Notes under the pieces: model-generated | What the model saw: only the letters and a program-made list of their open reading frames with translations | The model's database searches: none | What the model was told of the DNA's origin: nothing | Assembly: GCA_030324005.1 (NCBI GenBank) | Contig: JARDVH010000193.1 | Span: 86,991,550-87,055,549 of the forward strand | Direction: 5' to 3' | Source of the DNA: Negaprion brevirostris | Lineage: Eukaryota | Length of the DNA stretch: 64,000 bases | Position numbers and translations under genes: made by a program | Part shown: positions 24,966-38,652 of the stretch, in pieces | How positions within the stretch are numbered: the first letter of the stretch is position 1 | Layout of the letters: each line of letters opens with the position of its first letter

Positions 24966-25446
24966 ACATGCATATTTTACACATTCTTCAAAAAACGTCA
25001 TTTTTGCACTCTACTTATTTTAGGGATAGCGTTGGTTTACATTGACAATTAGAATTTATGACTACTAACTTTTATCAGTATAATCTGAATTATAGTTATA
25101 GTGATGCAATATAGTTTATGGTCCATGATGTTAATGAGTGTGATATGAGTTATTGAAATATGTTAATTATTCTGAGGCATTTTGTCTCCGACAGCTTTCT
25201 TTTCTGCCTGAGGCACTCAAATCCTTCTTGCCAATCCACCTCTTTGATGCCTGCTCTTTTATGATTCCCGTTTATCTTCAGATTAGAAACTACAGAACGG
25301 GTATATATTGTTTGCATTTGTCGAGCTGGTTGGATACGATTGTCACCATCTTTCACATTCCCAGGCCTACTTTATTTCCAAAAATAAAATACTGTGCATC
25401 TTGGAAATCTGAACTATTAGTAGAAAATGCTGGAAATACTCAGCAG

Positions 25447-25753
25447 ATAGAATCATAGAATTGTTACAGTGCAGAAGTAAGCCATTTGGCCCATTGAGTC
25501 TGCACCAACCACAATCCCACCCAGGCCCTATTCCCATAACATATTTACGCTGCTAATCCCCCGACACTAGAGTTAATTTAGCGCGGCCAATCAACCTAAC
25601 CCACACATCATTGGACTGTGGGAGAAAACCGGAGCACCTGGAGGAAACCCATGCAGATGCAGGGAAAATATGCAAACTCCACACAGACAGTGACCCAAGA
25701 CTGGAATTGAACCCAGATCCCTGGCGCTGTGAGGCAACAGTGCTAACCACTGT
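25447..25753 (-). mobile_element. HE1 SINE, inserted in a Penelope-derived repeat (25390-25445 and 25755-26000)
   Basis: Reverse complement of the HE1 head (ctgtgaggcaacagtgctaaccactgtg) and atagaatcataga tail. Confidence 0.9.
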
Positions 25754-26139
25754 GGAGAGGGAAGCAGGATTAATGGTTGATCTCTGTGATCTGTCATCAG
25801 ATCTGCTGAGAGAAACAGGAATATTAATGAATTTTGATCAAGTGAAAGGGATGAGGTGGGATAAAGAACAGAAGGGAAGGTCTGTGATTCGGGGAGGGCA
25901 GAGGTGATTAAATGATAAAGGAGTTCAGGGTGCAGAACAAAATGAATAGGGAATAGGGGATAGGTAAGTAAAAAATGTATCCAAAGGAAGTGTGACTAAC
26001 TTTCTATTTATTATCAAAATATATCCAGCAAACGATTTTCTCATTACCGCTTCTCAATCCCTGCACTGCATCACAAATTGATACATTATTCATGCTCCGC
26101 TTCCAGGCAAAAGACTGCTACCAACAAATTTACTGCAAT

Positions 26140-28850
26140 TAACCACATGGTGGGGTGCAACATAAAGGGAAAAAAATAATTGGAGCTTGTCAGAAAGGCA
26201 CAGCAATAATCATGGGAGATGTTAAGTTACTTATAGACTGCAAAAGTCGGATGGACAAACATAGCCCAGATAAGGAGTTTGTTAATTATTTTCTGGGCAG
26301 TTTCTTAGAACAGCATATGCTGGAGTCAACCAGGGAACAGGCTATACTGGATGTGCAATGAGATGGGAGTAATTAATGATCTAATTGTGAAGGCTGCATA
26401 CAGGTAGCAGTAGGTAGGTGGCAACAACAATAATATGATTGAATTTTATATTGATTTTGAGGGGGAGAAATTTGAAGGTTGAGATTATGATTTTAAATTT
26501 AAATAAGGGCAATTATGAGAGCATGAAATCTGAGGTAGCTAAAATGAATTGGCAAATTTAGTTAGGGGATAGGTCAATAGAAATGCACTGGCAAACAATA
26601 AGGGAATTTTTCAGAATATACAAAATGCATACATTCCAACAAGTAACAAAAAGTCCAAGGGATGGACTCACAACCTGTGCTTAACTAGAAAGATTAAAGA
26701 TAGTATCAAACTTAAAGAAAAAAACATTCAATTGCGTAAAGACAGGTAGCAGGTAAATAAACAGCAAAGGATGACTAAAAGGTTAATAAGGAGGGAAAAT
26801 TTAAAGTATGAGAGAAAGCTAGCCAGAGAAGTAAAAATGAATAGTAAATGTTTTAGAAATACTTTAAAAAGAAAAGAGTTAACAAAGTGAACATTTGCCC
26901 ATTAGTAAGTGAGTCTGGGGAATTGATAATGGAAAACAAGGAGATTGGAGATGAACTGAACAAGCATTTTGCATAAGTCTTCACTATAAAGAATCCAAAT
27001 AACATCCCAGAAGCTGCTATAAAGCAGGAAATGGGATGGAGGGAGGAACAGTCACCAGAAACGTAATACTGAGCAAATTGTTGGAGCCGAAGGCTGACAA
27101 GAGCCCAGGTCCTGATGAACTTCATCTTAGGGTCTTAAAAAGAAGTCTCTAAAGAAATTGTTTCGAATTTTCCAAAACCCCTCAACTTGGAGAAGGTCCC
27201 ATTAGATTGGAAGCTGGCAAACGTAACTCAATAATTCAAAACAGAGTGGAAAACTATAGGCCAGTTAGCTTAACATCTGTTATAAGGAAAATGTTGGAAT
27301 CTATTACTAAATAAATTACAGCAGGGCACTTGGATTAGCTTATGGTAATCAGGCAGAGTTTGTGGAAGGGAAATCACGTTTAACCAATTTATTGGAGTTC
27401 CTTGAGGAAGCAAGATGTGCTGTAGAAAGAAGGGAATATGCGGGTGTATTGTTAATAATTTTCCTAAGGTACTTGATAAGCTGCAACATCAAAGGTTATT
27501 AAGGAAAATATAGCTCAAGGTGTAGGAGGTAACATATTGGCATGGATAAAAGATTNNNNNNNNNNNNNNNNNNNNNNNNNNNNNNNNNNNNNNNNNNNNN
27601 NNNNNNNNNNNNNNNNACTGGTGTGCCACAGAGACCAGCGCGGGGACCTCAACTGTTTACAATTTATATCAACAACTTGGATGAAGAGATTGAACAGATG
27701 GTTGCCAAATTTGCTGATGACGCAAGGATAGGTAAAAAAGTAAGTTGTGAAGAGGACATGAGGAAATTACAAAAAGGTACAAATGAGGTGTATCATCTAA
27801 ATAGTGAGAGATTGCAGAGATGTGAGGTGCAGAGGCATCTAGGTGCATGAATCATAGAGTAATTATTTTGAGGGAAATTTAATACAAAGTAGGGAGTTTA
27901 TGCTTCAACATTACAAGGAGGTTACATTTGGGAGTATTGTGTACAGTACTGATCACCTTATTGAAGGAAGGATGTAAGCATTATAAGCAGTTCAGAGAAG
28001 GTTTACAAAACTAATAAATGGATGAGGTTTCTTTATCATTCATGGAATGTGGGCATTGCCGGCTGGGCCAGCATTTGTGGAACATCCCTAATTGCCCATG
28101 AACTCAGTGTCTGACTAGGCCATTTCAGGATATTTAAGAGTCAACCACATTGCTGCGGGTCTGGAATCACATGTAAGCCACACCAGGTAAGAATGGCAAA
28201 TCTCCTTCCCTTAAGGACATTTCTAAACCAATGGATTTTCATGACAAATGGTTTCATGGTCATCACTGGACTTTTAGTTCCAGATTTTTATTGAATTCAA
28301 ATTTCACCATCTGCCATGGCAGGATCCAACCACAGGACACCAGAGCATTACCTTAAGCCTCTGGACTACTGGTCCTGTGACAATACCATCACGTCATTGC
28401 CTCCTTTATCTTATGAGGAAAGGATAGACAAGCTTGGCTTTTACCCACTAGAGTTTAGAAAAATAAGAGGCGCCCAACTGAAACAAATAAGACCTTGAGA
28501 GGCCATGACAGAGCGATGTGGAGAGGATGTTTCCTCTTGTGGGAGTATCTAGAACTAGAGATTACCATTTAAAAAAAGGGGTCATCATTTAAAACAAAGA
28601 TGAAGTGAAAATATTTCTCTGAAGAAGGTGGTGAGACTGTGGAACTCTCTTTATGAAAAGGTAGTCGAAGCAGGATCTTTGAATATTCTTAAGACAGAGG
28701 TGGATAGGTGCTTGGTAAGCAAGGGAGTGATAGGATATGGGAGATAAGTGAGATGCAGATTTGAGGTTGTTATCAGGTCAGATATTATTAAATGGCAGAG
28801 CGGCCTCGAGAGGCTGAATCACCTACTAATGCTCTTTGTTTGTATGTTCG
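26140..28850 (+). mobile_element. CR1 LINE ORF2 (endonuclease end, RT, 3' UTR), heavily mutated
   Basis: GACQKGTAIIMGD...FLEQHMLESTREQAILD; GVPQ...GPQLFTIYINNL...KFADD; SYEERIDKLGFYPLEFRKIRG. Interrupted by a SINE at 28032-28392. Confidence 0.92.
28032..28392 (-). mobile_element. tRNA-derived SINE, family 2, nested in CR1
   Basis: Same core as 1868-2245 and 59532-59848. Confidence 0.85.
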
Positions 28851-29444
28851 GAAATGTTCTGCTTCAAATCGATTCAACATTAAACTCAGAATTCTGGGTG
28901 CAGTAGAAAACAATGGAATTGTTCTTGTGTTTTATTGTGACTTGCTGAGCAATTTAAAAATAATTGTTCTTACTGAAACCTACACTGTATTTTCTATTTG
29001 TTGAATGCATTTTCGTGGTGCACGTACAAATCACATTAAAAATTGAAAAGCTTCTGCAATTGCATACCAGCAATGATGCTTTTGACAGTTGAAACCTTAA
29101 TTATCATACTTAGAAAGAATATAGGATATGGGTTTGATGCTTTCCTTGTAGCCCAATTGTTTGTGTCTGGCATATGAGATTGACAGGCAATCTGACTGTA
29201 AATAGACATTGACAAATTGGTGAATGAGTGGGCATGGTTTCAGGCAATTTCCCAATAACATATCTGCAGGAAAACACAATAGGACATATTGCCTCTGCTG
29301 TCCAAAAAAAGCACCTAAAAACAAGCAGAGCGATAATGAGTGTTAGCCCTTTTCTTTAATTTTGCATTTAAATAACATTGCATACATGGGAAGGGAGCTG
29401 AGGGTGATTCATACAAGAGGGAAACCTGAACTCAGCAGGGTCAT

Positions 29445-29720
29445 TTGATAAAAGCAAAATATTGCAGATGCTGGAATCTGAAACCAAAAGGGAAAATGCT
29501 GGAAAATCTCAGCAGATCTGGCAGCATCTGTAAGGAGGGAGAAGAGCTGAAGTTCCAAGTCCAGATGACCCTTTGCCAAAGCTTTGACAAAGGATCATGT
29601 GGACTCAACATCAACTCTTTTTTTCTCTCCGTACAGATGCTGTCAGATATGCAGAAATTTTCCAATGTTTTCTCTTTTGGTTTTAGATTCCAGCATCTGC
29701 AGTAATTTGCCTTTATTAAA
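29445..29720. mobile_element. ~275-bp palindromic Penelope-derived repeat
   Basis: Arms aaaggg.aaatgctggaaaatctcagcagatctggcagcatctgtaaggag and their reverse complement, centred on ctttgccaaagctttgacaaagg. Partial copies at 30025-30105 and 32583-32670. Confidence 0.8.
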
Positions 29721-30149
29721 GGGGAAAGTGATGAGGAAGAAAAGTGTAATTATGCATACAGAATTATTCTTTAACTGCAGGGAATTCATTTGTTTCCCTT
29801 TTAAAGCATTTTTCAACACTAAGTCCTACTTTATACAAAAAGTTTGTGTTTTTAGTGCAGTTAAATGGTATGCATGTGTATTGGTACGTATGTATTCTAT
29901 TGAATTTGTTGCACTAAAATAGTCATGATAATATGGTGTTTTATTCATTCACATCACTAGTAGGTGCTCTATGCTGGCGAGCAGTGTTGTCCCAGCTATC
30001 CAGATAATAATCCATGACATCTTAAAGCAAAATGCCAATCCTGGAGATCTGAAATAAAAACTCACGCTGGAAAAATTTGGCAGCATCTGTGGAGAGAGAA
30101 ATATAGAGGATGATTTTCTAGCTGCTTCATGCTTGACACAGATCATACT

Positions 30150-30902
30150 TAACTGGGAAAATTTTGTGTGCAAAAACCAGGTTTTGCGCCTGGTGCCAAG
30201 TAGTTTGTAATCATCCCATTCCCTCGCTACTGATGCAAACAGATCTCATCCAGAAAGGGTGTGAGGCTAACTTAGCGTATTTAAAGTAGCATTTAAATAT
30301 ATTTAACCTGTTAAAGGCTGGATTCTCCCAGGATCTCCCGACCCTCTGGCCCTGCAATAATCACTGCTGGTCTCTGCTAGCGGAGACCAGTTGTGATGGC
30401 CAAGCTGGGGGGCTTGGAAGCCATTGAAACCCCTGAGTGGTTGAGGACATGACTGGGCAGTGTCTACCAGTCATACTGACAGTGCCTGGTAGGCATAGCT
30501 GTTGTGCCAGAGTGCCAAGGGAATTGGGGCCCATTGAGGGGATGAGGCACGTGGTGGAGGTGTGGGGCATGATGGGGTTCAGCCACAGAAAGGGAACCTG
30601 ATGCCAGCAATCCATGTTGGGGAGGTGGTGAGAAAAAGTGCTGTCGAGTTGGAGGTGGAGGTGAGCCGGTGTCCCTTGGTCCACTGAAATTGTGGTGCTC
30701 TTTCAAATCTGTGCCTGATCGCTTTGCAGCCACTGGCATGCTGGGGCCCGCCCTCTTCAAATTGGCCCACAACTCACCACTCTGGCAAAAGAATGACAAA
30801 ATGGGGACGATTGTGGTCCGGTCTGCACTGGATGGAATAGAATGGATCAGTCCAGTTTCCTTGCAGTTAAGGCATCAGTAATTTTTTGGGAAAATTCTAC
30901 CA
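30150..30902. mobile_element. Harbinger-type non-autonomous element
   Basis: GC-rich body with family motifs gggcagtg..cactg.cagtgcc and terminus tgggaaaattctaccc. Confidence 0.55.
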
Positions 30903-31494
30903 ATAGTTAACAATTTGAGTCCAATATGGCCTTCTTGAGAACAATTCAAATTGGACTAATTTAAAAGTATAAATTGCCTGAAAAGGAAAGTGAAATTTAG
31001 TTGTTTTTTCTAAGCATTTGTTGCGATGTGAAATCTTGTGTCATCAAATTTGAATTTCTTTTTAGACTTTGATCTGAATGGGGATCATAACAGCACGTTT
31101 CCACCTATGCCAATCTTAGTATGTGTGAGCTTACCCAATGTTGGTTGGCAATTTACTGAGAAATTTGTTGGGGGAATACCACAGCTAACCCTGGTCCTGT
31201 CTTCACCTGATGGCACAGGTGTGTGTTTTACACTAGAGGTCATAGTTAGAATAGGAATCTCAGTTTTAATTTATCCATGCACTCTTGAGAGTGAGCCTAT
31301 AATTTTAATGTCAGCATTTCCACTTGCGTGTCAAAAGTTGAGGGGCTAAAATCCCAGTACATAGAGATTAGAATATGGGCTCCAATATTAAATTGGCAGC
31401 TGACTGGATACTCTTCCAGGTTGATTTGACCACTGGCTCAGAAAATTCAACCGAATTCAATTTAAGTTGGAAGGGTTGGGTTTAGATACCACTC

Positions 31495-32482
31495 ATAGAA
31501 ACATAGAAGCTAGACACAGGAGTAGGTCATTTGGCCCTTTGAGCCTGCTCTGCCATTCATTTGGAGCATGGCTGATTATCAAATTCAATATCCTGATTTC
31601 TCCCCACTCCCATCCCTTGATTCCTTTAGCCCTAAAGCTATAACTAATCTCTTCTTGAAATCAAACAATGCTTTGCTCTTCACTACCTGCAGTAGTGAAT
31701 TCCACACTTTCGTCACTGTCTGGGTGAAGGAATTTCTTTTTACGTCAGTTCCAAAAGATTTATCCCCTATCCTCAAACTATGGTCCCTCGTTCTAGATAC
31801 CCCCATCATTGGAAACATTCTTTCTGAATCTACCCTGTTAGAATTTTATAAGTTTTCTAATGAGATCCTTTCTCACTCTTTAAACTCCAGTGAATGTAAT
31901 CCTAACTGGCTTAATCTCTCCTCATCTGACAACCCTGCCATCTCGGGGATCAGCTTGATAAACCTTAGCTGTACGCCCTCTATAGCAAGGACACCCTTCC
32001 TTAGATAAGGACACCAAAACTGCACGCATTACTCCAGGTGTGGCCTCACCAACACACTATACAATTGCAGCAAAACATCTCTATTCCAATACTCAAATTC
32101 TTCACTATGATGGCCAATATGCCATTGCCTTCTTTACTGCCTGCTGTACATGCAATTACTTTCAGTGACTGATGCACGAGGACACCAAGATCTCACTGAG
32201 TACGTCTCGGATTATATGCATTCAAGTAATAATGTATCACCCTATTATTGCTCCCAAAGTGGATGAACTCAATTTATACACATACTGCATATGCCCACAC
32301 ACTTAGCCTGTCCAAATCACACAAATATTTCTGCATCCTCCTCACAGCTCACCCTCCCACCCAACTTTGTATCATCTGCAAATTTGGAGATAATATATTC
32401 AGTTTCCTCTTTCAAATCATTAATACATGATGTGAACAATTGGGGTCCTAGCACAGATCCCTAAAGAACCCCACTAGTCACT
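31495..32482 (-). mobile_element. CR1 LINE 3' ~1 kb
   Basis: Minus ORF MFPMMGVSRTRDHSLRI...FTQTVTKVWNSL; tail catagaaacatagaag..aggagtagg. Confidence 0.92.
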
Positions 32483-33089
32483 NNNNNNNNNNNNNNNNNN
32501 NNNNNNNNNNNNNNNNNNNNNNNNNNNNNNNNNNNNNNNNNNNNNNNNNNNNNNNNNNNNNNNNNNNNNNNNNNNNNNNNNNTGGACTCGAAACGCCAGC
32601 TCCTTTCTCTCCTTACAGATGCTGCCAGACCTGCTGAGATTTTCTAACATTTTCTCTTTAGGTTTCAGGGCCATTTGACCTTCGTGCTCAGTTCAAAGAG
32701 ATCCTATTTTGGTTGATCCAAGGGCCTTAATCTGCAATGTGGGAATCATTGATGGAATAGACATTTACATTCTTGAAGGGTCAACGGTTTGTTTAAGTGT
32801 CACAACCTGAGGGTTTGTAAATATATTATTCTTGATTGAAGGTATCAATGAGTTTTGAAAGAACCCCTCTGTCAGACTGCTTTGATTGACAGGCCATCTG
32901 GCATGGGTTAGAAATAAATTTATCATTTGTTTATGCAGTTGCAAAAAAGGTATTTGTTGACAATAGCCAAGAGCAATTATTATGCCATTATGAATGTGTG
33001 ACTGAGGTTCAAAAAGTACAGTTATCTCAACAGGGATCCTGAGTTCACAGTGTGAAAAACGTTTAAAGAGACTATACAACTGGTTGTCT

Positions 33090-33780
33090 TTTATTCAAAG
33101 GTCTAAATAGAAGTTTGTTTTTATAATACATCACCACTTGAAGAGATTTCAAAGCTTTGAATGTGTTCAATGAATCAAATATGCATGGGTGAGAGCTCTT
33201 TTGGATTGTTAAAAGTTTATTTTTTTCATCTTCACATGGATCCTGAGGTCTGCCCATGGAGGGGTTATTAGTTGAGTGGCTATGGGGATGGCATGGGGAG
33301 TATAAAGGGGCATGAGAATAAATAGAGCGCCTGAGATGACATGGAACTGGTAGGAGATATGAGGCAACATGGGGGCATGAATTAGCATGGAAAGGGTCCA
33401 TGGGATTGATGAACCATGGGGGAAATAAAGGGAGTATGAGGGGTTAGGGCTAGAGTACATCACAGCCTCTAAAACAACTGGAATAAAGTCCCAAGGAACA
33501 GAGGCTAGCCAGATAATCAATCCCACTTTGGCACTCACCAGTTACTGTGGCCAGTTAGGTTCAGTAGTTCTGACTTGATCCTGTCCCAACTCAGGACCTA
33601 ATGGAGCTGAGGTGGGTCTGCTGAGTCAGGAAAGTTGTGAGCTATCTTATTTGAATGCTGAGGAAGGGTAAAAACGCAAGGTTCCTGGGCAGCTGCTGAA
33701 GTAAGTTGATGATGCATCTCCTCCGCCATATGCACCTGCTTCCACCACATCGTAGGAAAGCCCCTTCTGGCAGACTGCAC
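33090..33780. mobile_element. old Harbinger-derived repeat (related to 40200-40900)
   Basis: G-rich ggcatg/gggcatgag block shared with 40280-40470. aacgcaaggttcctgggcagctgc translates to NARFLGSC, like the transposase motif ARFPGSCHD. Confidence 0.4.
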
Positions 33781-34107
33781 AAACAACTTTTACGACCAAT
33801 GTCCCTGCAGTATCATTCTGGATACCTACAACTGATATCCCCATACCTCCACCTGTTGCTTGGAGCAATGGATCCACTCTTTTACTAGTTCCCACTAAGA
33901 CAGTTTGTGGCAACACACATACTACTACATGGAGTGTTGCAGCTCCGGTATATCAGAATGTACCAATTCGTAACAAGAGAAACCTTTCAGAAACATCGAG
34001 AGTTGTGATATGCAATTTATGTGTATGGTGCAAACACTTATTTGAAAGCTTATCATTCATAGTCAGATAATAATCTTGCTAAGTTACCAGCCAAAAATAA
34101 AGATCCT

Positions 34108-34402
34108 AAAGTAAAGTAAAAGTGAAGTTTATTTATTAGTCACAAGTAAAGCTTACATTAACACTGCAATGAAGTTACTGTGAAATTCCTGTAGTTGCCA
34201 CATTCTGGCACCTGTTCAGGTCAATGCACCTAACCAGCATGTCTCTCAGACTGTGGGACAAAACCAGAGCACCCAGAGGAAACCCACACAGACACGAGGA
34301 GAATGTGCAAAATCCACACAGACAGTGATCCAAGCCAGGAATCAAACCTGGGTCCCTGGAGCTATGAGGCAACAGTGCTAACCACTGTGCCACCGAGCTG
34401 CC
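34108..34402 (-). mobile_element. HE1 SINE, variant tail
   Basis: Reverse complement of the 12714-13020 type, with an aaagtaaagtaaaagt tail. Confidence 0.9.
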
Positions 34403-36715
34403 CAATCCTTTTGACCTCTGACTTCTGATCCTTCTGACTTGCCCTCCCAAAGGACATTAACTGTAAGATCCTTGAATGCTGCTGGCACCTTTATGGCTCA
34501 AGGAAGCGTTCGGACTTTCTCTTCATTTCATGACAGTCACCAAAAGCCCATGGGGTGTCTCCTTTATTTAAAGTGGTCCTCAGAATGAATTCAACTAGCC
34601 AGTCCCTGGTCTGGAAGGGCACACTTCTGGTGTTTTCTACGCTAGTTGATTCCATACGACACAGAACTTCTACCTCTTAGGTTTATTAGTATGTTATTCA
34701 CTGGTAATATGCAAGGGTTACATCAAGTCTACACCAACTGTATGAGCACATTAACTATTGGCTATCCATGTCCTTTGTATCAATGTCTTCTATGTCAAAT
34801 GCTGCAGAAAGGAGTTGATATGACTATAACCACTGTGCCAAACCTCACTGCATCAACTGCATAAACCAACATTTACATGGGCACTATTTGAATTGTTTAG
34901 ACTTTTATTTATTGGAACTGAGAAGGTAAAGAGTCAACCTTATAAATGCCTTAAGTAAAGAGTTAGCCACAAAGTATCATCCCTTTGTTGGCTTTCAACT
35001 CTCTCCAAATTTCCCCAAATTCTTACAGTTATGGAATATGGGAGGTAAATACAGAAGTATTATTCTAAATTGATGTTAAAATGTTTATTTTAATATTGAA
35101 ATTCTTCAGGTAATTCTTGAGATCCCCAGTTTGTTCAGTTCGTGGTGCAGGGTCAACACAGCGAAGCATCTTAATGAATAGTTACCAGGTCAGGGACCCA
35201 AAGATAAAACTGTCCAATAACATCTCAGCAATCGATGTCAGGCAGGAATTCTCTTACAGCTAAATATTTCATGTCAATTGTTGCATTCAATTAAATCTCA
35301 TATGAGAAGCAAGGGAGAAAAATTAGAACCTCATGCAATGATGGAGGTTCAGTAATGAAGCAATACAAATGTTAAGTGAGAATGCATAGTCCATCAAACC
35401 TCTCACACAATGCTTAATTTATAACCAGCAGCAGAGCGGTAATTTAATTTACACTCTCGTCATTTGAAATGACCTTTGTAACAGGTTGTAAAAGTTAATG
35501 GGATCATTGAGCTGTAATGTAGCCTTTTCTGGATGCCTTCAGGAGAACAGTGCAAAGAGTTGTTTTAAAAATGTGACAGGAAAACATAAATAACACTGAA
35601 GATTGAAATTCACTAGAGACCTTGTAGTTAAGTAAAATGAGCTCTACTTTTCATCTCAACCTATGAGTGTTTCATGGGTTGAATAAAGGGACTTCTACCC
35701 TGTATTCAGCCTATGTTGTACCTAACCTGAATATGCTTACAACTTGCACTGGGAACCAAAGCTAGAAACAAGAAAACAATTCCGTCTCTGCTATAAGCAG
35801 TCTGCCATATTGTGGCTTTCTACACTCCAGTCCTTTATTTCAATGAGCACAAACTTCATCAATTAATTTACTGAGCAAAATAAAGGATAAAAAGATTTCT
35901 CGAGTAGNNNNNNNNNNTAGCTGGGTTGTGATTACTTCTGTCTGCCATTTAACCGTCCTGCAGCTTCTGATTCTTATCTTACTAGATATTGTTGTATCTT
36001 GATCGCATTTAAGAAATGTGCTGATGTTTCCAGCTAGTTTTCTGAATACATGGCTATAATCTGCTCCACTTGGATTTATATTTGATCAATTATTGCCACA
36101 TGTTTTGGGATACTGTGAAAAGTATATAACTATAATTGCTGTCGTGGCTACTGCTGTAACTGTGAAACCACAAAGAAACAAATTAAAGCAAGGAATTAAC
36201 TGAGTGTCAAGGAGAGAGGGATGAAAGGGCAACATGCCAATAAAAGAGAAGTACAATTTTAAAAACACATTATGCTATTATATCACTAGCTGCAAAGTCA
36301 TCCGCCATAGGTGTGGTGGTGGGGGGGGGGAATCTGGCAGACTTCTANNNNNNNNNNNNNNNNNNNNNNNNNNNNNNNNNNNNNNNNNNNNNNNNNNNNN
36401 NNNNNNNNNNNNNNNNNNNNNNNNNNNNNNNNNNNNNNNNNNNNNNNNNNNNNNNNNNNNNNNNNNNNNNNNNNNNNNNNNNNNNNNNNNNNNNNNNNNN
36501 NNNNNNNNNNNNNNNNNNNNNNNNNNNNNNNNNNNNNNNNNNNNNNNNNNNNNNNNNNNNNNNNNNNNNNNNNNNNNNNNNNNNNNNNNNNNNNNNNNNN
36601 NNNNNNNNNNNNNNNNNNNNNNNNNNNNNNNNNNNNNNNNNNNNNNNNNNNNNNNNNNNNNNNNNNNNNNNNNNNNNNNNNNNNNNNNNNNNNNNNNNNN
36701 NNNNNNNNNNNNNNN

Positions 36716-37335
36716 CATAGATTATTGCTGATGATAAACGGTTGTGGTGGAAGGATCTCTTCCACTGGTCTTTAGGTTCATGTTGTTTTATTGTAAGCCT
36801 CTCCCTCGGAGTAGAGTCCAACAAGGATCTCAGCCCCCAAAGTGTTGCAGATGATTCTATTTGTAACACAATCAATGTCGCAAGTTTTACTGGCAATTCT
36901 CTTAACAAGGTGATTGTCACACTCTGTATTGACATAGACATTCTGGCCATTACTTCAGTCACCTCTTCAAAAATTTGCAGCAGTTTTATGAGGCATGACA
37001 TACGCTTTACAAATCCATGCGAGTGCTTTCTGAACAGCTGAAAGTTTTTATGTCCTTCATTCACCCGATTCTCAATTATAGCTCTAGGAATTTCCTGTCA
37101 ACAGGCTAACTGATCCATAAATTCTCTGGTTTCCTCCTCTCACTTTTTTTAAATAGCAGAGTGACTGGCACAATTTTCCAATCTTAAAGGAATGATTCCT
37201 GAATTGGGAGATTGTAGTTAGGCCACCTAGGTATTCTCACCTGCTTCCTATAAAAACTACGGCTGGAAATTATCTGGTCCTGGGAGTTTGTCACTCATGT
37301 TCAGTGTCATTAATTACTTCACTGAATTTTCTTTT
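36716..37335 (-). mobile_element. CR1 RT fragment
   Basis: Minus ORF HGFVKRMSCLIKLLQIFEEVT matches the CR1 motif QHGFxKGRSCLTNLLEFFEEVT. Confidence 0.8.
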
Positions 37336-37419
37336 GTTAATTTGGAAGAGTTCCTGGCCTTGGCAGTTCTCCACTAGAAGTCATTTTCTCCATGATACTT
37401 TCAAGAACTCAAACTCCAT

Positions 37420-37556
37420 TGGTGGAATTTTCCCATCACAACCGCCGTGGGAATTGGAGCCGGCAGGACAGAAAATCCAGCAGATCATGCAAAGGATTGT
37501 TGACCTTAGGCAGGAATTTCCAGGCCTGGGGATAGGGTGACCAGAAAATCCCGCCC
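37420..37556. mobile_element. short Harbinger-type MITE with CAT TSD
   Basis: cat | tggtggaattttcc...gaaaatcccgccc | cat. Confidence 0.75.
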
Positions 37557-38303
37557 CATGACACTGTCCCTTTAATGTTGTCCTCTCAATAGAGTTTGGA
37601 AATTTCAGCAACATGCTAGATCATTGTGTGCTTTTTAACAATTATTTGCAGTGACAAAGATTAATGAGACTATTGTTCGTGATCCCAATTGCTGAAATGG
37701 AACACAATATTAAACAAAACAAAGGCTGTTTTGTGTTAAGGTGAGGCGATATTGTAAATTCAAATCATTGATAAATCAGTAACAAGGTGACTATGCCACT
37801 TGTACTTAATAAGAATGACTAGATTATCTGCAAAAGTATTTAATGCAAGGTAAGTAGGTGGCTAAAAATATTGTGAAATTGATATTTTTGAGAGGGAATC
37901 ACTGTGCTCAGGACTGAAGAACTATTTTTGATTGAAGTGTTTAATGTTATTCATATAACAGTAAAATAAGGAAGAAATTTAATCATTTAGTTGACAATGT
38001 TGAATGGCTGTTAAAATGAGAGAGGAAAAATGAATATATACTTGTCACTTGTGTGCCAGAAACTTGACATTTCTGAATATTCCAATATATTATCAATTTT
38101 CCCTCCTCTCCTGAAGTTACTGATTCTCCTAGGGGTGCAGTTCAACAAGTGCCGGTTACTCTCCTGTTCCTCACCTAACTAGTCATTCCTCATGTGCAAA
38201 TCTGGTGTTGATTATTATGTGACCTTGCACACTTCTTTTTATAGGATGTGTGTGTTGCTAACTGGGCCAACATTTGTTGCCCATCCATAATTGTCATTGA
38301 GAA

Positions 38304-38652
38304 GGGTGACACAGTGGCACAATGGTTAGCATTGCTGCCTCACAGCGCCTGGGACGCAGGTTTGATTCCCAATTGGATCACTGTCAGTGTGGAGTGTGCA
38401 CATTCTCCCTGTGTCTGCATGGGTTTCCTCTGGGTGCTCCAGTTTCCTCCCACCTTCCAAAGGTGTACAAACTAGGTGGATTGGCCATGCTACTTTATCA
38501 CTTAGTGCCCCAAGATGTGTGGGTTAGAGGGATTGGAGGGATATATACATGGGTTATGGGGATAGGGCCTGGATAAGATGCTTTATTTGAGAGTTGGTGC
38601 AGACTTTATGGCTGAATAGCCTCCTTCTGCACCATGCGCTTTCTACGATTCT
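38304..38652 (+). mobile_element. HE1 SINE
   Basis: gacacagtggcacaatggttagcattgctgcctcacagcgcctggg; tail ctacgattctga. Confidence 0.9.
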
